A stretch of DNA of 64,000 bases from Macrostomum hystrix (taxonomy: Eukaryota; Animalia; Platyhelminthes). The position numbers and the translations under genes are program-made. Location: the NCBI GenBank assembly GCA_950097015.1, contig CATNEN010000029.1, forward strand, positions 8,618,001 to 8,682,000. The letters are read 5' to 3'. Numbering within the stretch: the first letter of the stretch is position 1; the number at the start of each line of letters is the position of its first letter. Positions 1 through 13,800 of this stretch are shown piece after piece. A model generated the notes under the pieces. The model saw nothing but the letters and a program-made list of their open reading frames with translations. It was not told where the DNA came from and did no database searches.

Positions 1-372
1 TCAGTCCCACACCGATTCCCCACACTCAAACATCGGTCCCACACCGATTCCCCACACTGAAACATCAGTCCCACACCGATTCCCCACACTCAAACATCAG
101 TCCCACACCGATTCCCTACACTCAAACATCAGTCTCACACCGATTCCCCACACTCAAACATCAGTCCTACACCGATTTCCCACACTCAAACATCAGTCCC
201 ACACCGATTTCCCACACTCAAACATCAGTCCCACACCGATTCCCCACACTCAAACATCAGTCCCACACCGATTCCCCACACTCAAACATCAGTCCCACAC
301 CGATTCCCCACACTGAAACATCAGTCCCACACCGATTCCCCACACTCAAACATCAGTCCCACACCGATTCCC
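1..372. repeat. 32-bp minisatellite, about 11.5 copies (runs off window start)
   Basis: Unit TCAGTCCCACACCGATTCCCCACACTCAAACA repeated directly with few variants. Confidence 0.95.
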
Positions 373-1186
373 CCAATTCTTGCGCGCATGGCCTGAGTAA
401 ACGTATTTTTGCTAAACTGGCCTGCCAATTGAGCAGTGTGCTGTGATCTGACAGGCTTCATCTGAGTCCGCCCAGACAAGATTTACGTCAGCTCAATCAG
501 CTGTTGATTATTTGCTAGCCGGTTTGAAAGATTTTTCCAGCGACGGATATGGGGTGTCGAATTGAACCACCTGGCCTAATTTACAGCGAAATTTCTGCTA
601 CAGCAATTACAACTACAACAATGCTGAGGTGAGGAATTTAGCAAGCAGATTAACTCTGGCACGAAGAGTACATTGCCTTGCGATCAGGCCATTTCTTCAC
701 CAAAAGATGTGAAATGGGCCTGAATCGGTACACGTATTTTTATTAAGCTTAACTTCATTGCTAAGGGGATTAAATATTCGAAAAACTGTTTTAGATAGGA
801 TTTTTAATGCATTCAATCAGAGCCAGTTTTGTCAACGTGCATACCACTGCCAATTTTTATGATTGCATCAGGGCCAGTTTTGTTAAAAGTGAGTACACTG
901 ATAAGAATTTCACTGTGTCAACCCCACTGGCGAGACAGTCAGTGTGAATTCATAAACAGATTACATCACAATAAAATTCATCACAGCTTTTCTCACCCCT
1001 GTGTGTGTGTGTGTGTGTGTTTGATTTTAATAGATGAAATGTGCATAGCAGACTTCAATTCAATTCAACGATATATTGCTCAATACTAGCGAGACATCTA
1101 CTCCTTTCTTACTACAACATAACTGAATCATCAAACCTTGTCTCTATTTCAATCGAGAAAAGTGAACAACATTTTTCTAAATAATC

Positions 1187-2747
1187 GTGTCAAACAGTTA
1201 TTTGACACTGTATAATAGAGGCCAGTGCCTCTGTTGGGATTTCAACCTGACACTTAAATTCTATTCGCAATTTGATGCCGTAGTTGTTCGCTGCAAAAGC
1301 TTCAGTGTCTCGTTGAAGTATGAACTGAAAGCTGTGTCATCGTCTCTCGTTCAAGTGCTGGAGCTAGAAAACGTTTCCGTCACGGATCCGTCAGTTCAAT
1401 TTGTCTTATCGCAACTGCAGCTATTGTCAGAAAGTCCTACGAGTCGTCAGTATGAGTTAGCCACACTAAGACAGTCTGCTTTAATTTACCTGATATGTAG
1501 TTCGGCGTACTCGCAGCTTCGTAATCTGCTACCTCTTCCCCATCAGCGGACACTGCGAACACATTTGGCTGGACTTGGAGAAGTTGGAACACGCGGACTC
1601 CGAAGAGACCATTCGGACAGTTTTTACAACGTTACGTGGACCTCAGCTAAAATGCGTAGCATTACGTCCAACCGTCCAACCGTCAGTCAGGTTTAGGTGC
1701 AAACATTTGTTCGGTTACGCAGAGGACAGTCCAGCAAAGGCAGCTCGCAGCATTCTAGCCATAATGCTGAAACCATTGACTGGGGCAAGCCCATCATTCT
1801 ACGGCTTATTCCTATTTATCTGCTCAAAGCAGAATTTCTAAAGCAAAGCATCAGTAACTGCATCGAGCAGGTGAACAGGCATGGTGGTTCTGTATTTGCA
1901 CTGTTTGGTGACAATCACCCAACAAATAGAAGGTGCTTTGCCATGTTTAAGGATCTGTCACAGACCAAGGATCGGATTGGAATTGATGCGAATCATCCAA
2001 GTCGTTTTTTGTGATCCACGACATGGCATGGTTCACCTACTGAAGTCAATAAGAAACAACTGGGAAATGGAACAAAATGGTACACAAAAAGTTCGCATTC
2101 CTGAGAGTGACACAACTGTCTCTGCCATATGGGGCGACATCATAAAGGTTTTTAAGTCTGAGGAAAATAACATTGTACGCCGAACAAATCTATCTCATGG
2201 AGCATGCTATCCAAATGGGATTCAAAAGACAGGCGTCTCACTTGCTCTGCAAGTATTTGATGATGAGGTGGCTGCTGCACTTGAATGCGATGGACTTGTG
2301 AAGTTCTGGAAGACTGTGAACTGCCGCAATCCCCACTTTCACATTCGGCTTAATGACCCTGATCGAAAACCAATTTCGTCTGCGTCTGATGAACGTCTCG
2401 GATTCTTGAGGTCACTGGCAGAAGCTGTGTCTGAGTGTGGAGGTTGTCGTCACCAGCGCTTTATTACTGATACCAAGACTGCACTTTGCAATAGTCTTCT
2501 CGGCATTGTCGAAACGTGCTGCCAGCTACTGGAAACAGGTTCTATGCAGTATGTACTGCTCTCTGAATTCCATACAGATCCCTTGGAAGCCGAGTTTGGT
2601 GTTTACCGCCAAATGAGTGGCGGTAACAACTTTATTTCGGTAGAGCAAGTACTACTCAGCGCCCGTCTGAGACGCATGAAGCTCTTCACGACACTCGAAT
2701 TGCCAAGCATTCAACAATTTAATCATTCTCTGCTGAGGGGACATTAG
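1187..2747 (+). pseudogene. P-element/THAP9-like transposase remnant, frameshifted
   Basis: Four overlapping ORFs carry consecutive P-transposase motifs: AYSQLRNLLPLPHQRTLR; QPSVRFRCKHLFGYAED..AARSILAIML; GDNHPTN; HLLKSIRNNW; TDPLEAEFGVYRQMSGGNN. At least three frame changes, and the first catalytic DE motif appears deleted. No TIRs identified. Confidence 0.85.
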
Positions 2748-2912
2748 TTCTCTGCTGCTGAGGGGACATTAGTTCTCTGCTGCTGAGGGGACATTAGTTC
2801 TCTGCGGCTGAGGGGACATTAGTTCTCTGCTGCTGAGGGGACAATAGTTCTCTGCTGCTGAGGGGACATTAGTTCTCTGCTGAGGGACATTATAGTTCTC
2901 TGCTGAGGGGAT
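2727..2912. repeat. ~25-bp tandem repeat overlapping the end of the transposase remnant
   Basis: Unit CTCTGCTGCTGAGGGGACATTAGTT, about 7 copies. Confidence 0.9.
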
Positions 2913-3130
2913 AGTATTCGCATGTACCTTAGTAGCATAAAGCTGAGTAGTATCAAACGTAAGTTTATTTTGTAATTCTGCCCCCATTGGGGCTCTTGGT
3001 GTACAGACCGAATGTCTCAAAATGTATTCGAGCTCAGACTAACTATTTTTGTATTTATTGAGAATTCAAATTCTCGCTGAATAACAATCACGTATATTCG
3101 CAATCAGGGAAATTCATACTGGTTAACTGA

Positions 3131-6100
3131 GAGACGAGGATCTGTTGATTGAGAGATGAGGATCTGTTGATTGAGAGACGAGGATCTGTTGATTGAGAGA
3201 CGAGGATCTGTTGATTGAGAGATGAGGATCTGTTGATTGAGAGACGAGGATCTGTTAATTGATCTGTTGATTGAGAGATGAGGATCTGTTGATTGAGAGA
3301 TGAGGATCTGTTGATTGAGAGACGAGGATCTGTTAATTGATCTGTTGATTGAGAGATGAGGATCTGTTGATTGATCTGTTGATTGAGAGATGAGGATCTG
3401 TTGATTGAGAGACGAGGATCTGTTGATTGAGAGACGAGGATCTGTTGATTGAGAGATGAGGATCTGTTGATTGAGAGACGAGGATCTGTTGATTGAGAGA
3501 TGAGGATCTGTTGATTGAGAGACGAGGATCTGTTAATTGATCTGTTGATTGAGAGATGAGGATCTGTTGATTGAGAGACGAGGATCTGTTGATTGAGAGA
3601 CGAGGATCTGTTGATTGAGAGATGAGGATCTGTTGATTGAGAGACGAGGATCTGTTGATTGAGAGATGAGGATCTGTTGATTGAGAGACGAGGATCTGTT
3701 AATTGATCTGTTGATTGAGAGATGAGGATCTGTTGATTGAGAGATGAGGATCTGTTGATTGAGAGACGAGGATCTGTTGATTGAGAGACGAGGATCTGTT
3801 GATTGAGAGATGAGGATCTGTTGATTGAGAGATGAGGATCTGTTGATTGAGAGATGAGGATCTGTTGATTGAGAGATGAGGATCTGTTGATTGAGAGATG
3901 AGGATCTGTTGATTGAGAGATGAGGATCTGTTGATTGAGAGATGAGGATCTGTTAATTGATCTGCTGATTGAGAGATGAGGATCTGTTGATTGAGAGATG
4001 AGGATCTGTTGATTGAGAGAAGAGGATCTGTTGATTGAGAGATGAGGATCTGTTGATTGAGAGATGAGGATCTGTTGATTGAGAGATGAGGATCTGTTGA
4101 TTGAGAGATGAGGATCAGTTAATTGAGAGATGAGGATCTGTTGATTGAGAGATGAGGATCTGTTAATTGAGATATGAGGATCTGTTGATTGATAGATGAG
4201 GATCAGTTAATTGAGAGATGAGGATCTGTTGATTGAGAGATGAGGATCTGTTAATTGAGATATGAGGATCTGTTGATTGATAGATGAGGATCAGTTAATT
4301 GAGAGATGAAGATCTGTTGATTGAGAGACGAGGATCAGTTAATTGAGAGATGAGGATCTGTTGATTGAGAGACGAGGATCAGTTAATTGAGAGATGAAGA
4401 TCTGTTGATTGAGAGACGAGGATCTGTTGATTGAGAGATGAGGATCTGTTGATTGAGAGACGAGGATCTGTTAATTGATCTGTTAATTGAGATATGAGGA
4501 TCTGTTGATTGAGAGATGAGGATCTGTTGATTGAGAGACGAGGATCTGTTGATTGAGAGACGAGGATCTGTTGATTGAGAGATGAGGATCTGTTGATTGA
4601 GAGACGAGGATCTGTTAATTGATCTGTTGATTGAGAGATGAGGATCTGTTGATTGAGAGATGAGGATCTGTTGATTGAGAGACGAGGATCTGTTAATTGA
4701 TCTGTTGATTGAGAGATGAGGATCTGTTGATTGATCTGTTGATTGAGAGATGAGGATCTGTTGATTGAGAGACGAGGATCTGTTGATTGAGAGACGAGGA
4801 TCTGTTGATTGAGAGATGAGGATCTGTTGATTGAGAGACGAGGATCTGTTGATTGAGAGATGAGGATCTGTTGATTGAGAGACGAGGATCTGTTAATTGA
4901 TCTGTTGATTGAGAGATGAGGATCTGTTGATTGAGAGACGAGGATCTGTTGATTGAGAGACGAGGATCTGTTGATTGAGAGATGAGGATCTGTTGATTGA
5001 GAGACGAGGATCTGTTGATTGAGAGATGAGGATCTGTTGATTGAGAGACGAGGATCTGTTAATTGATCTGTTGATTGAGAGATGAGGATCTGTTGATTGA
5101 GAGATGAGGATCTGTTGATTGAGAGACGAGGATCTGTTGATTGAGAGACGAGGATCTGTTGATTGAGAGATGAGGATCTGTTGATTGAGAGATGAGGATC
5201 TGTTGATTGAGAGATGAGGATCTGTTGATTGAGAGATGAGGATCTGTTGATTGAGAGATGAGGATCTGTTGATTGAGAGATGAGGATCTGTTGATTGAGA
5301 GATGAGGATCTGTTAATTGATCTGCTGATTGAGAGATGAGGATCTGTTGATTGAGAGATGAGGATCTGTTGATTGAGAGAAGAGGATCTGTTGATTGAGA
5401 GATGAGGATCTGTTGATTGAGAGATGAGGATCTGTTGATTGAGAGATGAGGATCTGTTGATTGAGAGATGAGGATCTGTTAATTGAGATATGAGGATCTG
5501 TTGATTGATAGATGAGGATCAGTTAATTGAGAGATGAGGATCTGTTGATTGAGAGATGAGGATCTGTTAATTGAGATATGAGGATCTGTTGATTGATAGA
5601 TGAGGATCAGTTAATTGAGAGATGAAGATCTGTTGATTGAGAGACGAGGATCAGTTAATTGAGAGATGAGGATCTGTTGATTGAGAGACGAGGATCAGTT
5701 AATTGAGAGATGAAGATCTGTTGATTGAGAGACGAGGATCTGTTGATTGAGAGATGAGGATCTGTTGATTGAGAGACGAGGATCTGTTAATTGATCTGTT
5801 AATTGAGATATGAGGATCTGTTGATTGAGAGATGAGGATCTGTTGATTGAGATATGAGGATCTGTTGATTGAGAGATGAGGATCTGTTGATTGAGAGATG
5901 AGGATCTGTTGATTGAGAGATGAGGATCTGTTAATTGATCTGCTGATTGAGAGATGAGGATCTGTTGATTGAGAGATGAGGATCTGTTGATTGAGAGACG
6001 AGGATCTGTTGATTGAGAGATGAGGATCTGTTGATTGAGAGACGAGGATCTGTTGATTGAGAGATGAGGATCTGTTAATTGAGAGATGAAGATCTGTTGA

Positions 6101-7021
6101 TTGAGAGATGAGGATCAGTTAATTGAGAGATGAAGATCTGTTGATTGAGAGACGAGGATCTGTTGATTGAGAGATGAGGATCTGTTGATTGAGAGACGAG
6201 GATCTGTTGATTGAGAGATGAGGATCTGTTAATTGAGAGATGAAGATCTGTTGATTGAGAGACGAGGATCTGTTGATTGAGAGATGAAGATCTGTTGATT
6301 GAGAGATGAGGATCAGTTAATTGAGAGATGAAGATCTGTTGATTGAGAGATGAGGATCTGTTGATTGAGAGATGAAGATCTGTTGATTGAGAGATGAGGA
6401 TCTGTTGATTGAGAGATGAAGATCTGTTGATTGAGAGATGAGGATCAGTTAATTGAGAGATGAGGATCTGTTGATTGAGAGATGAGGATCTGTTGATTGA
6501 GAGATGAGGATCTGTTGATTGAGAGATGAGGATCTGTTGATTGAGAGATGAGGATCAGTTAATTGAGAGATGAGGATCTGTTAATTGAGATATGAGGATC
6601 TGTTGATTGAGTGACGAGGATCTGTTGATTGAGAGATGAGGATCTGTTAATTGAGAGATGAGGATCTGTTGATTGAGAGATGAGGATCTGTTGATTGAGA
6701 GATGAGGATCTGTTGATTGAGAGATGAGGATCTGTTGATTGAGAGATGAGGATCAGTTAATTGAGAGATGAGGATCTGTTGATTGAGAGATGAGGATCTG
6801 TTGATTGAGAGATGAGGATCAGTTAATTGAGAGATGAGGATCTGTTGATTGAGAGAAGAGGATCTGTTGATTGAGAGATGAGGATCTGTTAATTGAGAGA
6901 TGAGGATCTGTTGATTGAGAGACGAGGATCTGTTGATTGAGAGACGAGGATCTGTTGATTGAGAGATGAGGATCTGTTGATTGAGCGATGGGGATCCGTT
7001 AATTGAGAGATGAGGATCAGC
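3131..7021. repeat. 22-bp minisatellite, ~3.9 kb, with higher-order duplication
   Basis: Unit GAGGATCTGTTGATTGAGAGA(T/C); variant order recurs at an offset of 1360/1316 bp. Confidence 0.97.
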
Positions 7022-7502
7022 TCTCTGGAACCCAAGTGTATAAAATAAGTGAATGACGCTTGCATTTCCCTTTTTATTAAAATCCGCTACCGAAGCCGCT
7101 GAGCGAGCCTTTCAGTCAACAGTAGCAAGTCCAAAGTTTGTCTTTTTTAACGTGGCTTCAGTGCGCTCAATCTTATTTAATCAGGTTTAAATTCGATCTA
7201 TTTATCTCACAAGTTAGCCTAAAAAAATTCACGACTTCGTTAAATCCACCATCCGTGCAGAATTAAACTTGCCGGGGGAAGCAAAGCCTTATCTGTGCAT
7301 GCACCCCATCAGTTTGGGGTGAGGGTGAATCCCGATTCAGGAAATGCCGCGCGGTAAAGTGGGCGGCGCTTTCTAACGCACGATTGAGGGCTGGGGTTGG
7401 CGGGTCGGCGGCCTTTATCTGCCTTTGGCTAAAAAAGACCCTCGCGAGCTAAAAATAGCACTCGGGAAATCCTATGGCCATATTAGGCACTCACGGCAGC
7501 GG

Positions 7503-7633
7503 CCAATCGGCGCGCTCAATGGGAGGGAAGCCCTTTGCTTTCCTTCGCCCCAGCCATTCATTGAACTCGAATGTGTTCGGGCTGAGGGTGGGTTTGGGTG
7601 TGGGGAAGGGGTTAAATGCACGTCTTTATAAAA
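7503..7633 (+). promoter_or_regulatory. Candidate CBF-beta promoter (CCAAT and TATA-like boxes)
   Basis: GGCCAATC at 7501-7508 and TATAAAA at 7627-7633 in a GC-rich stretch ~200 bp upstream of the ATG at 7840. Motif match only. Confidence 0.3.
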
Positions 7634-7839
7634 ATCAGCGAGAATCCGAGAGAAAGCCCCGGACTTGCAGACTTGCAGAAGCTACAAAATTTGAAGTGCC
7701 GATAAAATCAATATTTCTAAGCCAGTTCATAAATGCACCGCGCTGTCACAACAGCGTAATTAATGTAATCTTGGCCCAGTTAATAATGCGAGATACCGGC
7801 GCTCTGCTAGGCTACCTGATAAAACTACTGCAGCCCGGC

Positions 7840-10800
7840 ATGCCCAGAGTTGTGCCAGACCAGAGGCGCAAGTTTCAACACGACGACTTGCTGAGAAAAC
7901 TGGCTGATGACAGTCCGGTAAGCTGCCGTAGAATTCGTTATCTGTTTGGGCCCATGTCTGCGTCTCACCTGTTAGATTAATATCTCACCTGTTAGATTAT
8001 TGTCTCAACTTTTAGATTATTGTCTCACCTGTTAGATTATTGTCTCACCTGTTAGATTATTGTCTCACCTGTTAGATTAATGTCTCACCTGTTAGATTAA
8101 TGTCTCACCTGTTCGATCAATGTCTCACCTGTTAGAATGATGGCTCACCTGTTAGATTAATATGTCACCTGTTCAATTACGACTAAAAGGTTGGATAAGC
8201 TTTGGCTTGCTAAATATTTATCTACTAAAGCTAGATATCCATCTGTAAAAGATAAGTTGTTTAGTCTACTTTCCAATTAGTAAAAATGAATCCGAAAATC
8301 GCCAAAGCAATCGATACTATTTAAGTAAGTTGAATTGGTGCCAAAACCGACGTGAAAGCTCACGGTATTCGCGAATTCACAGGTGGCCTACTCGCCGCAC
8401 CGGGACAGACCCATTGTCGAACGCCGAGGCCTCATGCGACAGGAGCTACAGGAAGGTTTCCTTACACTGGTGAGTCTATTCTCAATCTGCGGCTCAGGGC
8501 CATAATAGTTGTTCCGCCGATGATTTTCAACCGATCACCGCAGTTCCTCCTCTCCTTTACCAGATCGATAATGGCTTCCATATTGGCTCCCCAACCCCAA
8601 GCCGAGCTAATAATATCCTCAGCGTGTCGCCCTGCAACATACAGCCATAGTAGGGAGGGCAGATACGCGCTGAAGAAAATGGGAACCCAAGGTGAACTAT
8701 ACAAATGGATATGTCCAAGGGTGTAGCCAAAAATAGAGTCACTTGGAGCAGGGGGAGCTTGCACGCTGACTGCTTGTGTGGCAACAAGAGCTTCAACTTT
8801 TCTCAACCGCCGGCAAGCAGAGCCGTTGCCATGGGCCTCAGTAGCCGGTTCTAGAAAGCACTTTTTTAGCTAAGCTGAGCAAACTTTCATTGCGGGGAAG
8901 AATTTTAGAAGCTAAAATGTTTAAATGACTTTCTGGATTAGTTTCTTTCTGGTCAAAATGGTCCAGCGGGAATTCGACAGAATCTGACAGACAGCCATGT
9001 CATTTAGCGGAATGCATTTTATAGAACTCCATTTAGTTATAAATTGCTGCAGAAAATTATTTTTAGCTGGGGAGAGAAAGCGGGCGGCACAACAGAGAAA
9101 AAACTATCGGATGCCAAAACTCCCACAATAACTGGATAATTTGCACGAAATTCCTAGACCATGCAGTGCAAATATAAGCAGCAATAACAAATAGCTATAG
9201 TCACCATTTATAGCCAGTCGAATGCATCGTCCAGTCTAATATGGGGATTTTTCCACTTTAAGCCTGTTTAAATAGATTGATTAAGATTTGTTAACCTGTT
9301 GAGCCCAATTCATTGATCTCTGAGACCAGTTCCGTATTTTCACTTCCTTCCCTGCATTCATATTGAAGCAAAGTTCTCTATAGATTTCCTTATAGCTACT
9401 AGGATTCTATTTTTATCCTATAGTAAAAAACTCAGATTTCCATACTGCGGATTGGGGATTATTTTTACCTCGCATGGGCAAAAATATTTTCTAAATTTAG
9501 CGGTTGTAAAAACTATTGGACTACTCCTACGCACTTTCACTTTATCCCCGCAGCCCAATCCCCCTCGACGTTGGACGGGATTATATCATGGGGAATCCCA
9601 CCTTTGAAGGTCTCCACGCCCTTTTGCATTTTCCAAATTTCTACACAGGGGAGAGGGGAGAGAGGAGAAAAGTGCTTTCGAGATGGCGAGGCCGTGAGCC
9701 TAGGGGCGGCTGGCGTGCGCACGGCGACCTAAAAATATCCCAAAGCCTAATTTAGCCTAGGACAGCCGTGGCTAGTGGTCCCCAGGCACTGCCGTGTCTA
9801 CTGCCGTGTGGCTACTTCTTTTTATCGAGCGCCAACCCATCCGGGGGTTTTGTTGCTAATTTGCACATTTGCGCCTTGTGTTGAAACATGAAAACCCTGC
9901 TATGCACTGCCCAGTCCGTCTGCAACATGGGACTGACGCTGCGCCTGGTCTTCGACTCGACGCCGTGGGCCCAGAAGCCGAACGGTCAACGCGAAGTTAC
10001 AACTGAAGAGGTACGAGTGGACGAGAGCGGTCGGGTGAGTGCTGGGAAACCCTCTGTACTCAATTGCTGAGTACAAATTGAACTTTTCTGAATGAAATTG
10101 AAATGCTTGATCATGCTTCAATCTACATGGCTATGTTAGGCACTATTTTTACGTCGAATCCTAAAGACAACATTGATGAAACAGGGGAGATATGACCGAG
10201 GGGCGTCGGTAGACACAGCAGTTAGACAGGGGGAGAGATTTGACAGGGGAGAGATTTGACAGGGGAGAGATTTGACAGGGGGAAAGATTTGACAGGGGAG
10301 AGATTTGACAGGGGAGAGATTTGACAGGGGAGAGATTTTACAGGGGAGAGATTTGACAGGGGGAGAGATTTGACAGGGGAGAGATTTGACAGGGGGGAGA
10401 GATTTGACAGGGGAGAGATTTGACAGGGGAGAGATTTGACAGGGGAGAGATTTGACAGGGGAGAGATTTGACAGGGGAGAGATTTGACAGGGGAGAGATT
10501 TGACAGGGGAGAGATTTGACAGGGGGAGAGATTTGACAGGGGAGAGATTTGACAGGGGGGAGAGATTTGACAGGGGAGAGATTTGACAGGGGAGAGATTT
10601 GACAGGGGAGAGATTTGACAGGGGAGAGATTTGACAGGGGAGAGATTTGACAGGGGAGAGATTTGACAGGGGAGAGATTTGACAGGGGAGAGATTTGACA
10701 GGGGAGAGATTTGACAGGGGAGAGATTTGACAGGGGAGAGATTTTACAGGGGAGAGATTTGACAGGGGAGAGATTTTACAGGGGAGAGATTTGACAGGGG

Positions 10801-13800
10801 GAGAGATTTGACAGGGGAGAGATTTGACAGGGGAGAGATGAGACAGGAGGAGATGAGGGAGTCAAGAGTAGATGTTGGAAGGGGCGAATGGGGCCGGAGC
10901 GGGCCATATATGGCCTTGTCCTGCAAGGCCTGTTGTTTACAGGCAAATGGTACATATTAAAGTAAATTATACTCGTATAGAATCACCGAGATTTTAAACA
11001 AGGGATAAGAAACTCTTTGATTTTGCACTTTAGCCAAGCTTTAGCCTTCTTCAAAAACACCTGTCAGTTTCCAGTTGCTTTGTCTGAGCCAGCCCTAGTC
11101 CGTCTGCACTGATAGGCACACAACATTGCGCAGAGGCGGGTCCGCCCACATCCCCATATGTCATGTCAAAATCGAAGTTGCTAGAACCCCAAATCATTCG
11201 CTCCAATTGATCGGAGCCGAACCGCCCACGCTGTTATTTGCGCCCCTATCCGAAAATTCAGATTGGATTTGCAACTATGCGCACGTGGATTATAGGCTAT
11301 TTAGTTAATTTTAGCTGGCAGCTCTAGGCCATAGACAACGATTTAGAGTGCCGGTTGTAGACTACAAAATAAGAGAAATTGTTTAATAACGATCTAAATT
11401 TTTCCTTAACATGGAATCCGTAGTCTATGGCAAATAGTCGTAACTTTTTAAGAAAATTCTATATATCGTTTAATGCTCCTGGATCGTATTATGCGATTTA
11501 GCATACTTCTATTTACCTTTATGCATCTAAAAAACACGTGGACAGTACAGTTATCTAAGCTGTGGAAAATGGAAAAATAAACCACAACAACTAGACGAAG
11601 AAAGGACAAATGAAGGTTTCTGTCTGTGAGAATGAATGCGCTTGTGCGTGTGTGGAAAAAGGGAGCATAAGGAAAACGGAAATTAAGAGGGAAGTTCCTT
11701 GTAATTTAGCTAATATCCTGTAACTAGCTCGTATGTGTATGTATTTGATTATTGTTCCCCCTGTCCTTGATTTAGAATTTTTTAAACTTCCCCAAACTTA
11801 AGTGAAATATCTATGCTTCCATCGGTGCCTTAGTATTTTTCAATCTTAGACTTCAAAATAAAACTAGCAAAAAATAAACGAATGCTCATTTTTCAATGAG
11901 TACTTTGTTCACATAACGGATAATTTTAATTATAATTCAAATATTCAAATAATTCAAAAAATTCAAATTATAATTTGAATGAGTGAGCTAGTCAAGTCGT
12001 AGAATATGTTTAAAAAATAAGGCTGATAAAAATGATTCCACAACTTTGCGCTTTACACGTGTTATCAAGAGAAGCCCATATTAATTTAACGCACTTATTT
12101 TTTTCTGATGTATGTACATAGGCCCCGCCCCACCAGTCCCTCTACCCTGTCTAACTCGTCAATGAAGTTTAGTTGGGGTGGTGGGTGCACGAGCGGCGCC
12201 GGGTTTGGGGTGGTGGGCCGGAGTGGGGGGGTCAGCAGAGTGCAAGCCGATTATATATGGAATGTGTTGGGCCATGTCACATATTAGAGAGGGGTTTCAT
12301 TGAAACGGGGGACCCCCTTGTCCAAGTCCCTAGCCTTAGTGCTCTGAATAAGTATAGATTGCATGAAATGTAGAACGATTGCACTGACTGCAGTTGGCGT
12401 GGGTGGTTGGGGGGATTGCCCGGAAAAGGGCCCTAACTAAACTTTTTCTTTTCCACGCTGTCTCACGCGGCATCAGTACATTTTAGGTGCATTTTTAGGC
12501 TTAGTTAGTTTTCCTTTCTTCATTCTTTCTTCTATTACTAAGAGAGTCATTTAGGCAATCCAAGCAACACGAACTCAACTTTTATAACGGCATAACTTGC
12601 CCCCCGGCGGTTTAACTCTTGGCTGAAGAATTATCAACGATTCGGCCAGCTGGCTTTTTAATTATAAAAGTTGCCGCCATTTACAGCCAACTTCGGCATC
12701 ATCAAAGACTTGCTGCTTACCATCGCTCTATCTGTGTGTGCACCTTCGATTGCACCCAATATAGAGTTAGATAGAGGAGATCGCAAGTTACGATTGTCCT
12801 GGGAAACTTCTCGAAGAATATTCGTAAACCGAACATGACCCTGTCCTGACCTAGCAGCTGGGTCATGACCTGTCCTTCTATAGCAGCTTATTGTATTAGA
12901 GTCAAACGAGTCAGTTCCTAAAAATAAGACCCAACTGTTGCAAATAACCTCATTTGTTAAGCCCTCCTATATAGACTATTCTATATGAAATTGCCAAGAG
13001 ATCTAAAAGGCATAAACAATTTCTAATATATTTCATATTCGTATTTATGAACATGTTGTGGAGCATCATAATCTTTAACGGCGCTGTTCAGTGTGACTTT
13101 CATTAGATATCGCACTAGATTCGTGGCTAATTATAGAACCACTGAAGCTATTTTCGAACATTAAAATAGCTGATTTATAACTATTATTTATTAGGGATTG
13201 TTTCATATCTACTTGTTCTTTTGTCACGACCGCTCACTTAAGAAATGGAGAGAGAATGCTGCTCATTGTGGTGACCATGATACAGAGAATGCTGCTCATT
13301 GTGGTGACCATGATACAGAGAATGCTGCTCATTGTGGTGACCATGATACAGAGAATGCTGCTCATTGTGGTGACCATGATACAGAGAATGCTGCTCATTG
13401 TGGTGACCATGATACAGAGAATGCTGCTCATTGTGGTGACCATGATACAGAGAATGCTGCTCATTGTGGTGACCATGATACAGAGAATGCTGCTCATTGT
13501 GGTGACCATGATACAGAGAATGCTGCTCATTGTGGTGACCATGATACAGAGAATGCTGCTCATTGTGGTGACCATGATACAGAGAATGCTGCTCATTGTG
13601 GTGACCATGATACAGAGAATGCTGCTCATTGTGGTGACCATGATACAGAGAATGCTGCTCATTGTGGTGACCATGATACAGAGAATGCTGCTCATTGTGG
13701 TGACCATGATACAGAGAATGCTGCTCATTGTGGTGACCATGATACAGAGAATGCTGCTCATTGTGGTGACCATGATACAGAGAATGCTGCTCATTGTGGT

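Noticed and set aside
8462-8806. Possible SGNH-esterase-like LINE ORF1 fragment (SDSIF..AGRHAEDII..IIGGT)
   Set aside because: Resemblance is weak, lacks GDS and GxND motifs, and lies in CBF-beta intron 2; unsupported without a profile search.
11328-11431. Small MITE with GCCATAGAC(A/T)AC inverted ends
   Set aside because: Only a 12-bp imperfect inverted repeat with no TSD; insufficient to call.
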